From the NCBI GenBank assembly GCA_051362555.1, contig CM120640.1:44370788-44434787 (forward strand): a DNA stretch of 64,000 bases, in the 5' to 3' direction. This document shows positions 22,797 through 37,862 of this stretch, in pieces (within the stretch, counting starts at the first letter, position 1; every line of letters starts with the position of its first letter). Origin of the DNA: Lingula anatina. Lineage: Eukaryota; Animalia; Brachiopoda. The notes under the pieces are model-generated. The model saw nothing but the letters and a program-made list of their open reading frames with translations, searched no databases and had not been told where the DNA came from. The translations under genes were made by a program, and so were the position numbers.

Positions 22797-25700
22797 GTGA
22801 CTACATCTTTTTTTATTTTGTAACTATATCAATTTACGAGTCATTGCAATGAGGATTAGCTGGGTGTTGCAAGGACTAGATAACACAGTGTAATAACTAA
22901 AATTGCTTCTCGACAGAGATGGATCTGATGTGTTGGGATTTGGAGGATAAATGTCTGATGTTTTGATCAATATGAGAGGAAAAAATGGAACTGTTTTAAC
23001 GTAGATATGCGTACATGCAGTTAGAATGTGTCTATGAAGAGAAAATCGAGCCTGACGAGTGAATTAAAAATTAACGTGGCTACCACTGTTGCTTAGCAAT
23101 TTGCAATAACATCGATCTTCCGTTCTAGGCGTGCGATCCACTTTATGGCCGCTCTGCGCAAAATGATGATCCAATTATTTTCAGCATGGATGTTTGTTCA
23201 TTTTTTTGATTATTCATTTATTCTTTTATCTGAAAAAAGTTTTTCCTTTTAGTAATTCAGTATAGATGTAAGAAAAAATTGTATGATTAACAAGTATCTG
23301 GTGCAATTTGTCAGTCACCTCACCTCACCTTACCTCACCTCATACAGTCACCACATACGCACCCGCAAACGCACACATAACCACACACATAGAATATCTA
23401 CCCAAGTAGTTTAAAAGTTTTTTTTTTTAATTTCATTACATAGTTATGGACATGGGACAGCAGGATTATCTGAGGAGGGCATATACAAGACTATTGCCAC
23501 AAACTATGGAGACTGTAAATATCATGACAGCTTCGAGAGTGACTTGCTTTTGACTGACTAATCACCTTTACCGTATCATAGATTACAATATTGACAATTC
23601 TACGAGCAAAGAAAGGCCCGTTTGTGTATGAATCGCATTATACATGTACGTCGCAGATACTAATATTTTATTCGATTCTGGTAGTAATGGTTTGATAGGA
23701 AAGTAAATGAAAGTACAGCCGAAGGATAAAATAGCAAAATAGTCGTGGGCGAAGTGGGAGATTATTTACTCATTTCACAATGGTTCGATCATCATGTTTT
23801 TTTCAATCGAAGAGCACTTATTTAATCAACAAACTGTAGCACAGGAGCATGAAAATGATAGACACATGCAATTTTAAAAGAAAAGTTTCACATACCGGTA
23901 CATATGCAGGTATATTTTTATGTACTCAATTAGTAAATCTAAGATAATTATTAAACCATTCCATGCACCAGGTCAATGTCTCTAGGTTTTTATAAGGGGG
24001 GGGGGTCTAAATTACATTCCCGATGATTTGAATTACTGATATGCAAGAATACAAAATCAACAAGCTCCTAAAATAAAACCATGTTAAACAATGTCTGGCT
24101 TTGTTGTCAGCTTATTCAGGCGCTATGCATACAAACACGTCACTTAATCGCCTGGGTACATACCGTGCACCCCTCCCAGTGTGTGTGTTCTTATCTGAAA
24201 ATTAAATACGAGATTCTTTCGCCCTCATACAGTTACTAGTGTGACTGTGTAGTCGTATGTCGGCAGCTTAGAACCACTTCATGTTAATTTTTTTTTCAAT
24301 TTTTTCAAGAAATGTAAAATATTTTGAGATAAGTTTTGAAACAAGTATTCAGTTGATTGGTGCAATCAAAGTACGTTACATGACAGTCTGCGATGGGTTC
24401 TCTTTCACGCTTTCATTTCCTGTTGATTAATGATACTCAAGTTATCAAAACGTCATTTATAACATTTCAAGGTACGGTCATTAATTACTAGCGTTGGTTT
24501 CAGATACGATAACAGCGTAGGTGCGCTGGGAGCTATTTCTTATGTTTAATTCATACAGGTCAGATTAACTAAATTTGATTTCCTTTTTCGTTACTGTAAA
24601 TGACATTAGCAGGACCGCAAGCTAAAAAAATGTAATTGCTATCAGATATCAGTAACTAACTAGAAAGAAATTATCTACCGCACGTAATTTTCTGAGAATT
24701 ATACATAGGTTTGAAGCGATTGTGGGTATATCCCGACGTCTTAGAAACGAGATTTTTTATTCATTTAATTACCATTTCAATGAAACTTATTTAGATGTTG
24801 ACAGAGATATATTTTCAATTTTCATTTTGTTAGAACTGTAAAGTATTGATTCAAAAAATAAAAAAAATCCCAACTCTCAGATTTTTCCTCTCTATAATAC
24901 GTCCTGATGAGAACAAACTTAATATCGTGAGCTTGTACATGTATGTGGAGGATGCAAACGATTGCATCAGTTGTGATGTGAATCAACAATGTTTAACCAA
25001 TTTGTCTCAACTGATGCATTCCAGCAAGGAAAGTGCACAACAATCATACATGGTACATCTCTCGACTGTATGCGTTGACAGAAGCACATTAAGGTCAAGG
25101 TACTGCACGAATAACTTAGTTAACGCCCGCGTATTTTTTAATCCTTCTTAAATCGAATTACCGTCAAGTATACACCAAATGTGGATATCAAAATTAACAA
25201 GTTGAATGACTATCATATCGTTGACAAAAACCATCAGTAAAAGAGACGAGCGCGATCATTGTGTAGAGAAATGGAATTTTTCGATTAAAGAGAAGTAAGA
25301 TGGAGTTAAGACCTTTCTCCAGGGAGGCTATCCCCGATGTATTGAAACCTCAGCACCTATTACTGTAAGTGAATCCTCTCCAGAGTGAATCATTTAGAGG
25401 ATGCTGTATTTCTCCGATAACGAGATTTAAATTATTTTCCGATTTCCTAATACAAAAAGTCTTCATTTTCTGCGTGAATGTCGTGAAATGCTACGTATAG
25501 AATAAAGTGACATTCTAGTCTCTTGTGTCCGGTAGTCTACCGGTAAGTGGGCGAATTATAAAGCAGCCGATTCCGCCCGGCTTGCGGCGCTGTTATTGGT
25601 AGCATTGCTGCATTGTAAACTGGTGCTTTTGGACCCGACTCACAATAAACTTAAAAGGCGTGCGACAATTCTCTTTATTGCGTGCTTTACGCAGCTACGC

Positions 25701-27055
25701 CCACGGTGTGAAACCTGCATATACCCCACGAGAAAAGCTGTCCAAGAAGATGATGCATAGATACAGCTGATTTAACTCGCGTTCTTTAAGCCACCCGAGC
25801 GTATGTCGTACAGTGCGAATATAAGCATTGTACATTGATGTTACATACAAAAAAATAAATAAATGATCGTGCAAGCACTGGTCCTTATTTTATTTGTTTA
25901 TACTCACCTCATATGCATCTTTATTTTGGGGAGGTGGGGAGGGTTAGGGGTGTGGAAGAGGGGGAGGGGGATAAGACAAACTTAAAGAATACCTATCATT
26001 TTATATTCGCGTTCAATTTATACAACAGGAAATTTGTACAATCACGAGAAATAATTTAATTCACGAGTTTTAGTTCAATCCTTCACTTCACGTTTAATTT
26101 GCATTTCTAAGGATAAACGCTTCTCAAACAAAATGTACGAGCGCTTAACACAGTCTATCTGTGCACCAAGCCTTTTTCGTCGACTAAGATTACGTTTCAA
26201 TACCTACTCAAAGATAGTATAGTAACGGTGCTTTTTTCTTCTATCGAATTATGAATTAAACAGCTTACCTATAATAACACATTGTGACGACAAGACCACT
26301 GCGCGTCAGAATGACTTGAGGATTTTTGAAGGATAGGAAAAAGTTGCCAAGTGTTAAGCCAATTCATTAATCGTTCATTACACAGCCGCTGCCTTCTAAA
26401 GAAAGCGTTTCCTGTAGTGGTTACATTGATACAACTCTACGGCTGATATTAAAACCTGAAATTAAATCTTAGCGCACGCAGAGTGTTTTCTTAAAATACC
26501 ACTCTTATTAAAACTTATCAGTCTAGAGGATAAAACAGATAAAAACTAATTTTGTCTTATTATTCTGCAGCAATGCTGACATTCACGTAATTATCAGAAA
26601 ATGAGATAAAACAGATGCATCCAACAATTGCTAGTAACTCAATAAAAGTTTTCAGCATTACTGCATTTTACATACCCATACCTACTACAGTATTTCATAC
26701 CTACCTGGTCAGTTTGTTTATTTGAGGCCATACATAAACAGGTTGGAAGTTTAAAAAACAATTTTGGGGTATAAAAGAAATATATCATATGTTTCAATGC
26801 ACTTGTGTGTTTATACAACAAGAGTAGCAAAGAGAAGTACAATGTAAATATATATGTAGAAATTATAAAACTGCATTGAGGTAAAAGAAAAGGTTCAGCG
26901 TTAACAAATTTCAAGTATAAGACAAATTGTGCAGATAGAAAATGAGATGGGATTTGTCTCATTATTACACTAGGATCTATATACTGCTTACTCATTCAGA
27001 AGGAGTTGCAGAGAAATGCTATTGCGCCTTCTCTTCATAAAGGTCTCTTTTTAGG

Positions 27056-27227
27056 CCGGTGTGACAGGAATGGTAGTCCGCTAGGAACTGTAGTCCGTTC
27101 CTCACTACTTTGTACAGGTGACATTCGTCCCACATACTAACCCCAATGCTACGATTTACCCTCTCCTGTACTAATCATAGAGGAACCCGGAGTTCCATTT
27201 CTAGGACTACCATTAATCCTGTCACAC
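27056..27227. mobile_element. MITE-like repeat (TIR GTGTGACAGGAATGGTAGT)
   Basis: Inverted termini; homologous to 31117-31269. Confidence 0.7.
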
Positions 27228-28414
27228 TTAATCTCTCTCTCTCTCTCTCTCTCTCTGCGGCACTAAAGGGGGGGGAGCACTAAATACTCTCGACTATGTC
27301 ACACAGCGCCACCTGTGTCATTCAACGACTCTCATGTGCATAACTGTGCAGTTTGTGACCAAAGAGTGTTATTACTATCATTCACCAAACTGATGAAACT
27401 GCTTAAACAAAGCCAATGCTACATGTACATGTATTTCCGTGTATGTAACCCTCTTGTGGCAGTGCATTCGAAACCCATCTTCACAAATCACATACTTCAC
27501 AAAACAGATCTACTCGGGTGGCACATATACACATGTACTGTTTTATCGTCAAATTTTCTCTACTATCGATGATCCAGCAGCAACATTTTCCGCCGTCGCC
27601 CGGCAAAATACCCTTATTCACCGTAGCTACCATTAGACGCGATGCCGAACGCCTAGCACAACCGGTATAAAGTGACAGAAACAAATCTCCCCTTTCCGCG
27701 GCACAAATTGAAACACGTACTAACATGGTTCAACACTTTGATCAGCGATGACATCAAAGCCGACAAAGTGCATTTGTTCCGGTGCACGTATGTTCGTTAT
27801 CACAACCGCCTAGGTAAGTGCACCGACTTCTCTCAGCTCAACAAGTTCACAAACCCTCCTCACGGGTGAGTAATATTCTGCGTCAGGCTCTACATACTCG
27901 GAAAACCATTTTTATGTATTTAAAAAAACTCTAAATAATTCCTTTCCCCAGGATGCAATACTTGGTAAAGTTGTTAAAGGAAATAGGGCTGCCCCTGCAG
28001 ATTTCTCATTTTCTCGGTAACAGTTGTGCTAATGGCAGGTCGCCAAGGTGGGCAGAATATGGTTCTCATACGGTTTTCATATTTTAATTTTAAATGTATA
28101 GATTTGGACAATTAAGTTCAGTAATATTAATAATAATTACAATAATGTACATGAAATGCATATAGACGGAAATGATACATGTACAGTTGTATCTGTCCGA
28201 AGAGTAGAAAAAAAGGCTTTCTTCATAAAGCATAGTTAAAGAATAAGAATGTGCATGTTTAGAGATGAAAAGGGACACGGTGCACGAAAAGATTCTAGAA
28301 ACCACTTGCTTCCTCTAAAAATTAACAAGCTGTTCTGGCTGAAAAATGTAAAATAATATTTCAGTATGTCCGAAAGTGTTGTTCAAAATTTTGAATTTTT
28401 TATTGTTATTCTTT

Positions 28415-28417
<3 letters not shown>

Positions 28418-28480
<63 letters not shown>
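28418..28480. repeat. (AT)n microsatellite
   Basis: Direct reading. Confidence 0.95.
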
Positions 28481-28482
<2 letters not shown>

Positions 28483-29050
28483 TTAAGAAGGCGTCATCCA
28501 CATCAACTATTTTACTACATGCACGAGTGAATAAATCAATCTTTTTTGAAGTAGTCTAATAGTCTAAAGTAGTCTAAAGCCACTGGTAGGAGTTAATTTT
28601 GTGATAGTACTGCAATGAATGAATAAAAAATATTCTGTTTTCATTGGGCATTGTAATTAATTAGGTGTTTCATTAGGCTCTACATAATGAACTATGCATA
28701 TTTAATTTCTTGAGCAAGTTAGTTAATGCAACAAATTATGTGTGTGCGTGAGTGTGTTTGTGTGTGTGTGTGTGTATGCGTGTGTGTGTGTGCGCGCGCT
28801 ACGCAGTCGAAGTTCAAATCCAGGCTGATTGGCTCTCTGCCTGAGGCACATGTTATGTCATCCACTATTTATAAGATTATGACCTCCGAAAAGTAATGTA
28901 CACAGTATTTGACAAAAGGCTGATTGTTTCGTACCTATTTTCCAAAGCGTTAGGTGTAGCTTAGTGCGTTGTTTATTTGTTGTGTCTTAGTCGGGTCACG
29001 TTTAACGTATGCCCTGTCCAATCACCTCTCAGTTCTATTTCTGGTTCTGT

Positions 29051-30380
29051 TGACGTCAACGACGACCAGGATTTAAGACAAAACTCAATTTATTTCCCCC
29101 AGCACTAACTTGGTGCTCTTGTCCAACGGAAATGCTGAAAACTATACCGTGCAAGACTTACTTCATTATTCTGTATATTCCATTATTCGAAGTTATCGAG
29201 TTACAATGTTTGTAAAGAAGAAAACTTTAAAATTTACAGAAAAATAATATCAAACCGCACTCATAATAACATATCATACCAACAGTGGTCATCAAAAGTA
29301 CTGACCGAAAGTTGGGCACTAACGAAAAGCCAGACTACATTTTAAGCATATTCTTCAGCTGTAGAATAAATATCAATCTTAAGGGCGTGGTTTTGTTTTG
29401 AATCCGGACATCCATATGTTTGACATATTCATTAACACATTAAACCACATTATAAATCAGGCAGAATAGTTTTCCCATTGAGACCACTTTAAAAAGAGCA
29501 CGTCTCAACTGACTTTAACCAGGCACCACTCCCGCCCGATGCACAATACGATTACAATACCATTTATGATGTCAATGACGAAGTGACGCATTGGGTTTTT
29601 AAACATTAGTTTTGGTTAACATTATTTATGGTGATATCAAAACTAAGCCAAATAAAAACAATAGAGGGGTTCTCAGCTACCACAATATACAACCTAGGGT
29701 ACCAGACTCCATCCCAGTTATATTGAAAGTATGCAATTTGACACGTTTTACTGTTCGGGGAATGCCATATTGTCATTTAGCGAACTTTGACCTTTATAAA
29801 GTTGACCCCGCAACTAGGGGAGTATCCGCCCACAAAGAACATGGTTGGTCGAAATCGAGAGTTTCTGATTACGTCAAAAACTTGGGACGTAAATTAATTG
29901 TAATGTAATAACTTTCTTCTTTCCCTAGCGACGTGTTTGTTTCTTTTTCTGTCCACCTGGATCTAATTTTAAAAAGGATCGCGCGGACCTTGGGGACCCA
30001 ATATAAGAGCGGAACGGAGCGTAGAGCGATTAGAGGCACAACGCAACTCGCAGAAAGACAAGAGTTATCGATCCTGCTTTTTCTTCAAGTAAATCCTACC
30101 CTTCCCTGAGGACTCTCACTTTAGCTGACAGTTGGCAAAGACATACATCACGGTAGTACAGATCCTTTTTGCCACCAAAATTGTGTTAACTTTCGGGAAT
30201 TTAAAAGCAAGGATCTCCTCTAAGATATTGCAATTTGTTGAGCAATCACTTGTTAACGGCAGCGCTTTTTCCCGAAAAAGAAGAGAAGGTAGGACCTCGG
30301 CAGTGCAGCCGTCGAAGTGACAGTCGCTGGAAGGGTGCGGACGCTATCACTTGATTTTGGAACCTTTGCCAGTTGTCAAG
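29051..30380 (+). promoter_or_regulatory. Candidate promoter and non-coding first exon (possibly of the neuropeptide gene)
   Basis: CRE TGACGTCA at 29051; CRE-like sites at 29567-29590 and 29869; TATAAGA at 30002 in a CpG-richer patch; donor AAG|GTAAAT at 30380/1. Motif-only evidence. Confidence 0.3.
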
Positions 30381-31116
30381 GTAAATGTGCATCTCGTTTA
30401 TTTTTATCTCATGCCATAACGTTTACCATAATCAAAAATTTAATAAGACCTGTCAATTGCACAATACGCCGAATTGAAATTTCCGCAAATTTTTTCGTGA
30501 ACATAACCCATGTGCTCATTCACTGTGTTGAGGACAATTCGTCATATACCAAACACTGTTAGCATATCGTGTATGTTTTATTTCTCAAATATCGAAGAGC
30601 TATTTGTCAATGCACATTAACGAACTTCAAATTGCATTTCTGAATGAACTCCTCCAGAACAAAATGTGAGTCAACATATGTACCGCCCCATGCTTCATCC
30701 CATTCAAAAGCTGGCGCAACAGCAATCCCTTGTCATGTAGTGCAAAGTGTAGTTAAAAAGACCTTAATTTTTCATGATACTTTTTTGTTCGTTTGTATGC
30801 ATGCTTCTTCAGTAATTCCTTGTAAGTGGGGCAAGATGCTCGTTGGTGGGTTTGCTTATGTGTCTTGTCAAATCCGATTGCAAGTAAAGTGAACCACTCA
30901 TTGATGTAACTTTTAACTTATCAGAAAGCTGACATTCGAATACGTTTTTCGTCAATGGTAGCCCTCAGTTTAATTTCTGTCTGGGTAAGTACAGTTGGCT
31001 GTCGTCTCAAAGTAGGTGTCATTTTCGTCTGCTCCTGGTCTGCTACATGAATAGTTAATAGACAGAGTAAAATTGCGTTAATGAGGGTGACGTTTTTGCT
31101 GTTCATGCACGCGTTG

Positions 31117-31269
31117 CCGGTGTGACAGGAATGGTAGCTGCTCCCCATTACTTTGCACAGGTGACATTCGTCCGTATACTAACCACAGTACTCCCACCAA
31201 CCCTGACCTGAACAAATCATATGGGACCCCAGACGTCCATTCCTAAGACTACCATTCCTGTCACACCGG
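31117..31269. mobile_element. MITE-like repeat
   Basis: Perfect TIR CCGGTGTGACAGGAATGGTAG / CTACCATTCCTGTCACACCGG; homologous to 27056-27227. Confidence 0.8.
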
Positions 31270-32221
31270 ATAAGTTAATAAGGAATAGAGTCTAACGACG
31301 CACGAAGAAATCTGGATTTCCCTTGGCAAAAATGATGAAGGTGGATTTCTGCTTGGTTTTCGTCCCTTTAGATTCTTTCTTTCACGTATACGTGCAAAAT
31401 AGAAACAGGTTAGGTGAAATGGATGTGGCAATATGTACAATTTTACAAACCTGAATATCATTATAAACCACCAATTACCCCATCACATCCCGCTATTGAC
31501 CTGTCAAAAGTGTCGGTAGTGTGTTTATATTGCGAAAACTGCGTTCTTCCCGTATTTATGTTTTCATAACACTTGTAATTTTCCCATCCCCCTTTCAAGA
31601 ATTTTTCATATCTACAATAGAATGATTGAAATGAAATTGGACCTTTTAAGTTGTATGGATGCATGCCTACGTTTGCCGAATCCCTTGACCACGTAAAAAG
31701 ATACAGCTGTACGGTTTTACAGCACGGTTTGCTCCAAGCCTTAGGCACAGAACACTCACGCTTATTCAAATACGTATTAAGTAGCACTCCTTTTGTTACA
31801 AGCCGGGATAAGATTACCCATAAACTAATTTTCCTTTTTCCCATCCATTAATGTTTCCATGTGTAAGGTGTCAAAAGTATTGGGTGATGTTTCGTTCGAT
31901 GGCTTACATGGCTCAAGTGCTATCACGTTATATTATATTGATGACGCCTTTCGTGCAACAAGTGACAAAGGCCATTATGTCTAAAGGCACTTGTTGCAAA
32001 GAATTTCACATTTTTCTTTGTTGTTCAAGTTTTAAAAAAACGATAAATTCTAATGCTGCAATTTCAAACGAAATATTCTACAAATATCAGAGTTTCAGCC
32101 TTTATTTGATCTCATTTTTATTCATTTATTTATTTATTTTTGATACTTGAATGCAGGTTACCTAGTGAATAAATTATACGTGATTTGAGATGTTGGGTTT
32201 CTAACAGTACATTGGGCAATC

Positions 32222-32224
<3 letters not shown>

Positions 32225-32262
<38 letters not shown>
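32225..32262. repeat. (GA)n microsatellite
   Basis: Direct reading. Confidence 0.95.
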
Positions 32263-32265
<3 letters not shown>

Positions 32266-35200
32266 TAAAGTTACTACATAAATCATAAATTTAGTCATAT
32301 TATTTGTAAATTGGCAAGATTTATAAAAAATTGTGATTATTTAATTCTTACTTGGTTCATTTCGAAACATGCACCTGGGATCCAAAGGTTGTTGACTGCT
32401 CAAGAAGGGCTTCTCAACTCTGTTTTTAATTCACAGCGCAAATGACGTGTGAGTGCCCCGCGTTTCAGTCTTCTTGTCGCCACACCTTGTTTCGCATTCT
32501 CTTGACTTTCATGTAGTAGACATACTAGAATGAGACCTGGAAACAAGCTTTTAATAAAAAATCAATGTACAAGGCGTTGGGAACTTTTTGATTTTACTGA
32601 ATACTTTATCTCATTTTATTTTATTCAATATCTCGAACATTGCCATGGTATTTTAAAGCTTATCCGTTTTAGTTGGTAGAAATTATACCTTTTAATAATA
32701 TGCCATCAGACTTTTAATTGGCACAAAGCACTTCTGCAATTTCTTCTAGTCAAGGTGATACCACATTTAACATAACATAACCTTTTATCATAACATAACC
32801 TTTTAGCCTCCTGAAGGAATTACATTTTTTTGTGAAACCCTGTTATCAGTTGATAACTAATCTATATTTATGACCATCTTAAGTAAATTCTATAATACAT
32901 TTCCATAAATTTTCTTCCGCTTTGTTGTCTGTATATACGACAGTCTCGCTGTCTAGTTAAAACGAACTGCATTTGCAGTGACAATTAACATAAACATGTT
33001 TTCAAATGAAAATTGTTGAAATAAATAATCTATGGTATGGATGCCGTCTTTCTGTTTAATCTAAAGAACGTCATTTTAGAATAAGTTTGATTAATTGAAA
33101 CAAAGAAACAGAAGCTGAACCACAAGAAGATCTCAGTACTAGATTGGTCTACAGTATAGCTTACACAACGTCAAGTGCTACATGTACATAAGGACCAAAC
33201 CTGATCTATTCAAAGTGCAGTGTGTTGTTATTTGAAAAAAATGGACTTTGTTCGAGTATTTCCTGCTACTTTAAAAATGCTACAAGCAAACTTACTTTGT
33301 CCGTGGCTGGAAAAGAGATAATCAGAGGAACTAACGCATTGCATAATCAGCAGATAATTGTAAGAGTAACTATGTCAAGATAACAACAATCCACAAACTC
33401 GGTAAAATAGTTTTTTATGTATCTTTTGTAAAGATGGTAAAAAATAATCGATTCTTGAGAGACTGAACATGTTTTACCTATAAGGGATCAAGAACAAGAC
33501 TTTTTATGTGAATTGCCCCATTCATTTAAAATCCCTTCTTGGACAAAACCCTGTAGACTATTAGAATGGCCTAAGAAGGTTATGCGTTCACCGATGGCAG
33601 CGGGTTTGTCAAGGTCTTTGAACTGTGTTTCCAAGTGTCTGTCTTTTTGGTCTCACCGACGGACCTGATGGCATCATCTTGGTCATCAAGATGAGACACA
33701 AGATTGTCTCAACATATGAGTGAGGTCTTTGGGATGTACTAGGTGGTTTCACTGTGCGTTAGTTAAAACATAGCATGTCATAGGTTCCCTCCTAACCCTA
33801 CAAATGATGACACCGTGACGTCTGGATCTCACATCGACGAGTCAGACATGTGATCAAAAGCCCTCTGCTGAGACGTTACGCTTCAAAGACAAATACACGT
33901 TCAATCTTTAAAGAAACGGCTAATTCCAAATTTAAAACTGAGGAGACTCATCACAAAACCGAACAATTGGCTTAAGTAGCTTCAGATAGTTGGCCCCTAA
34001 CCAGAGATTGCAAAACCTGTAGATTTTATGCGTATACCATGAGGGAATAACAACACAGGACAAAGCACGTCAACGCTACATGATCTCAAGACTAACAATT
34101 TGCTAAAAGCTTGCACGGTTAAGAGATTACCTCTGAAGATATGAAATTTATCATTTGCCTCTAAACAAGTGTCGCGGTTTTCAGTTTTTCCGAGAGAACC
34201 CGCACAATATGTCAAGGAAAAAACGTCCATTAGAAATATGTTCGATCCTTATTAGGCATTTCTAGGCATCAATGCAATCGAATATCTCTTGTATGGGAAC
34301 ACATGCGAACAAGCTTTGTCTTTCTGTGCTGCTCTCGCGTCACATCAATCATAAAGCTAACTTTTTTGCCCACATTCAAAAATAACGGTCTTCTGCCCAA
34401 ATACAGCACATTAGTGAAATATCAGTAATATTTACGTGCTTATCTCCATGCCGTGAGTTATTGAATGTTGAAAGGTTGAGCGTTATCATCTGTTTCGTGA
34501 TTCATCCCGACTGCAGTTTTCAGATGGATTCTACACAATGGGTACAGTCTAGTCTGATACCATGCTGCAGTACAATACCATCCCACACGTCAATTTTTTT
34601 CGCAGGTTAATTATATTTGTTACAATGACAATATCAGGATGATAAACGGAGACTTGGTTTACGTTCAAGACAACATGGACAACTCTTCGACCTTTATCTT
34701 ACATAAAACCACCGTGAATAATGCATTACGGCTGATTTTGAACAGTGTAGTGATATATGGTGACGTTAAACCAAGTCGATGTGAGACCTCTGGCAATTCA
34801 TTCCCCAGGGTTAACATTCACATGTATACGCATGGTATGATGTTACTGTTTAATACCAGTAGCTACTGCTCAACTGAATTCCAATACTGGTTGGAACAAA
34901 AGCCAAAACCAATTGTTTACATCACGCAGAGTGAGTCAATACAATACTAATAAGACACATATATATCGATTGTATGCAATAACGAGGTGGGCAGGTGAGG
35001 GAAAAGACGCAAGAGACCAAAAAAACCAAGATGTGTTCTGCCAATATTTTCAAATTATTTAAAAATTAAAGATTGTTAAAGGTATACCGTCCGGGATTTT
35101 TGTGCTGAGTCGAATTTTCGCCTACCCGCTAGTCCTAACTTGACCCGCCCTACACTTGGATTCAATGTTTTATACCTTTTCTTTTAATTGATTTACATTT

Positions 35201-37647
35201 AGTTCTAAATATCTGATCAGACATGTAGACCGCCACGTCTTACTCTACATTTCAAAAGGAAATTTCGACTTTTATTTACCTGAGGCGTTTTTTCGTTTAT
35301 AGTCTGAATTGACAAAAATAAGTAATTTTGAAGCATATGTAGACAGAAAATGACTTTGTTATATTTTCAAACGCTTATAAAATATCTTAATGACTATGGT
35401 TGAGTAAAACCACAACTTTTCACCGTTATATTAAAAAAGTAGGATATCCTAAAACAGAGAGTCGCATACCAGTACAGTATAATGGCATGTTTAAGTGTTT
35501 TTCGCATAACAATGAAACCTTGGCAAAAGTAGCGGAACAAATGGCATTTTCTTCAGACATCCAGCACAAGCAATTGAGCAGATTAGTCGACACTGTAAGG
35601 ATTCTCGGGCTTTAAAAGCACGTCTGTTTGCGTGCAAGCTTGATCAAATTTGGAATGAAAGCTTTGTTTTTTGCTAACTGAAAAAAAGGTATATTGTTTA
35701 GAAACCCATTGTCAGCCAGTATAGATCAAGTTCTAGATCAAGTTAAGTTGATGAGGATATTCCAATTAGTAAACAATTTCCTGAAGTGTTGAAAGACAGT
35801 GACAAAAGTTTACATGTTTGAGCCAGTAATTACTATTCCAATTAGCCATACAATTCAATATATCAACGACCAGGAGGCGGTAGTCGGTCGAGATCGAGTC
35901 CTTAGTCGAAGTACAAACTCTGATTCGGTTCAAACAAGCACATTGTCTAACTGCCTTATCGGCATGTTGCATATGATGTCATGGAGGTTTCGCGGTGTTA
36001 ATTTTGATTGCGTGCTATTATTGTACTTGGACAATGGTGGTTTAAATACAATACCATACCCACGGCGCGAGGGCGTGTAGTCTTTATGGCACGTCACCGC
36101 GTGCAAGAAGATAAACTGTGAGTGTAATTTGTTCTGGAGAATCTTCTATAGGCAAAGGAAGAAAAGTAAAGTACGATCCTCCATTAATTGTCCTCCATTT
36201 ATTGTTGCTCCCTGGGTCGAATTGACCTCGAGGTGACAGCAATTAGAAAGCAACTTCTTATCTCTGCCGTACACTTGTTTTAGTGAAAGGCAACACGTTG
36301 TAAATGCACCATAAAGTGGCAATAAAGGTGAACAGCGTAAAGGTCTTTATATGGTTTGCAAGAGATAGGTTGAGAGTTTTAAATGGTGAAAATAGCTTCC
36401 ACGACATTGGATAAATTGGATTTTCTTTAGACAAAGTCTAATGCCTATTAGTAGGCAGCTTCACTTACAGGATTCTTTATTACACCAAGGCTTAAAGCTT
36501 GAAAAGTTGTTGCTGTGCAACACTCTCAATAATGTTATAGGTAGTGACAATTGTTTTTTTCACCACGTATATAAACATTGCAACTGTTATCTCAAGACAG
36601 TATAATCTCGACTGAAATTCTGTTCCGTTCGTAGAGTAATTTGCTTTATCTTTGTAGTGCTAATGCGTTGTTTCTCCCTTGAACGGGTAATGTTGAGGAT
36701 TTCAAGTAATAGATAGCGAATATTGTAGTTATTCCTTCTGTTAATATCACCCATTTTGAATTATAAATACCAATACGCGTACGAGTAAGCGCACGTGTTT
36801 GTTTGTGTATGTTTGTTTGTGTGTGTGTGCGTGTGCTTAACTAAAAACGAATATTTGTGAACCTGTATTTTGTTCCCTGTGGTGTGAAACAACAGGAACA
36901 ATTGGTGCCTGCTTTTGTATAGTCAAAACTGGATATTTGACCTGTACGATGAGAGGTTATACAATTTACGACTTATTCAGAGCTGCTGTCAGATTATTGC
37001 TTATCTCCATCTCTAAAGTTGTATAACTTTCCACATTTTGAATGATTTTCCACGCGTATCTGTTGAATAACAAAGAAGGGACAAGTCTCACTCACAAAAT
37101 GCACTCAGTTATTTCTGGTTTAAATGCTTACCGTTTGAACAACGTGTATACGGATATATCGGAAGATACTATCTCAAAGAGTTCCTTTATAGCATGTAAT
37201 GGGCAACATACACAGGGGACCCATCAAACAAATCTAACTAGGCCTATAATTCAAACACCTTTTGAGCCGTTCGGACCTGCATGTATGTATCGGCGATGTT
37301 TTAATTCAGATGTTTTAATTTGCTCATAATGGTTTCTCGGTGACTTAATTGGGTCAAACATGTGAACTTGTATAGCAAAGGTTCAAATTAAATGACCTTC
37401 AGGGTTCTTTCAAGGTAAAGGAGGCGAACTTTATGTTAATAAATAATACTATTAAATGCAGATGCTTGCTTAAAGTCATGGGTGTGCAGGGATTTCACGG
37501 ATTGAAATGATCTTTAGGGGAAATGCACCGAAAAAATATTTGAAATACATTTCAATGAAAGATATTCTGTCAAGAGGTCGCCCCTTGTACCGAAGGTTGA
37601 CAGAAGCCTTATTTTATGCTTTATGTTCTGTAGTAGCATTAGTCTTA

Positions 37648-37862
37648 CACCCCATTTCCATAGATTAGATCGACCTACTTTAGATCGACCTAACTCCCTG
37701 GGGGTTCACGCTAAATAGCTGTCAGCCGGGCGGACACAAAAGTTAATTACCCCCTTACAGCTTGTAGTAGGCGGGACGGACATTTAAGTCGGATTATCTG
37801 AAAGTAATCTAGTGAGACTCCCCGCGGGGATAGATCGATCTAAAATCTATGGGAATAGAGCC
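37648..37862. mobile_element. PIF/Harbinger (Tourist-like) MITE
   Basis: TTA flanks on both sides; core shared with 19451-19664. Confidence 0.75.
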
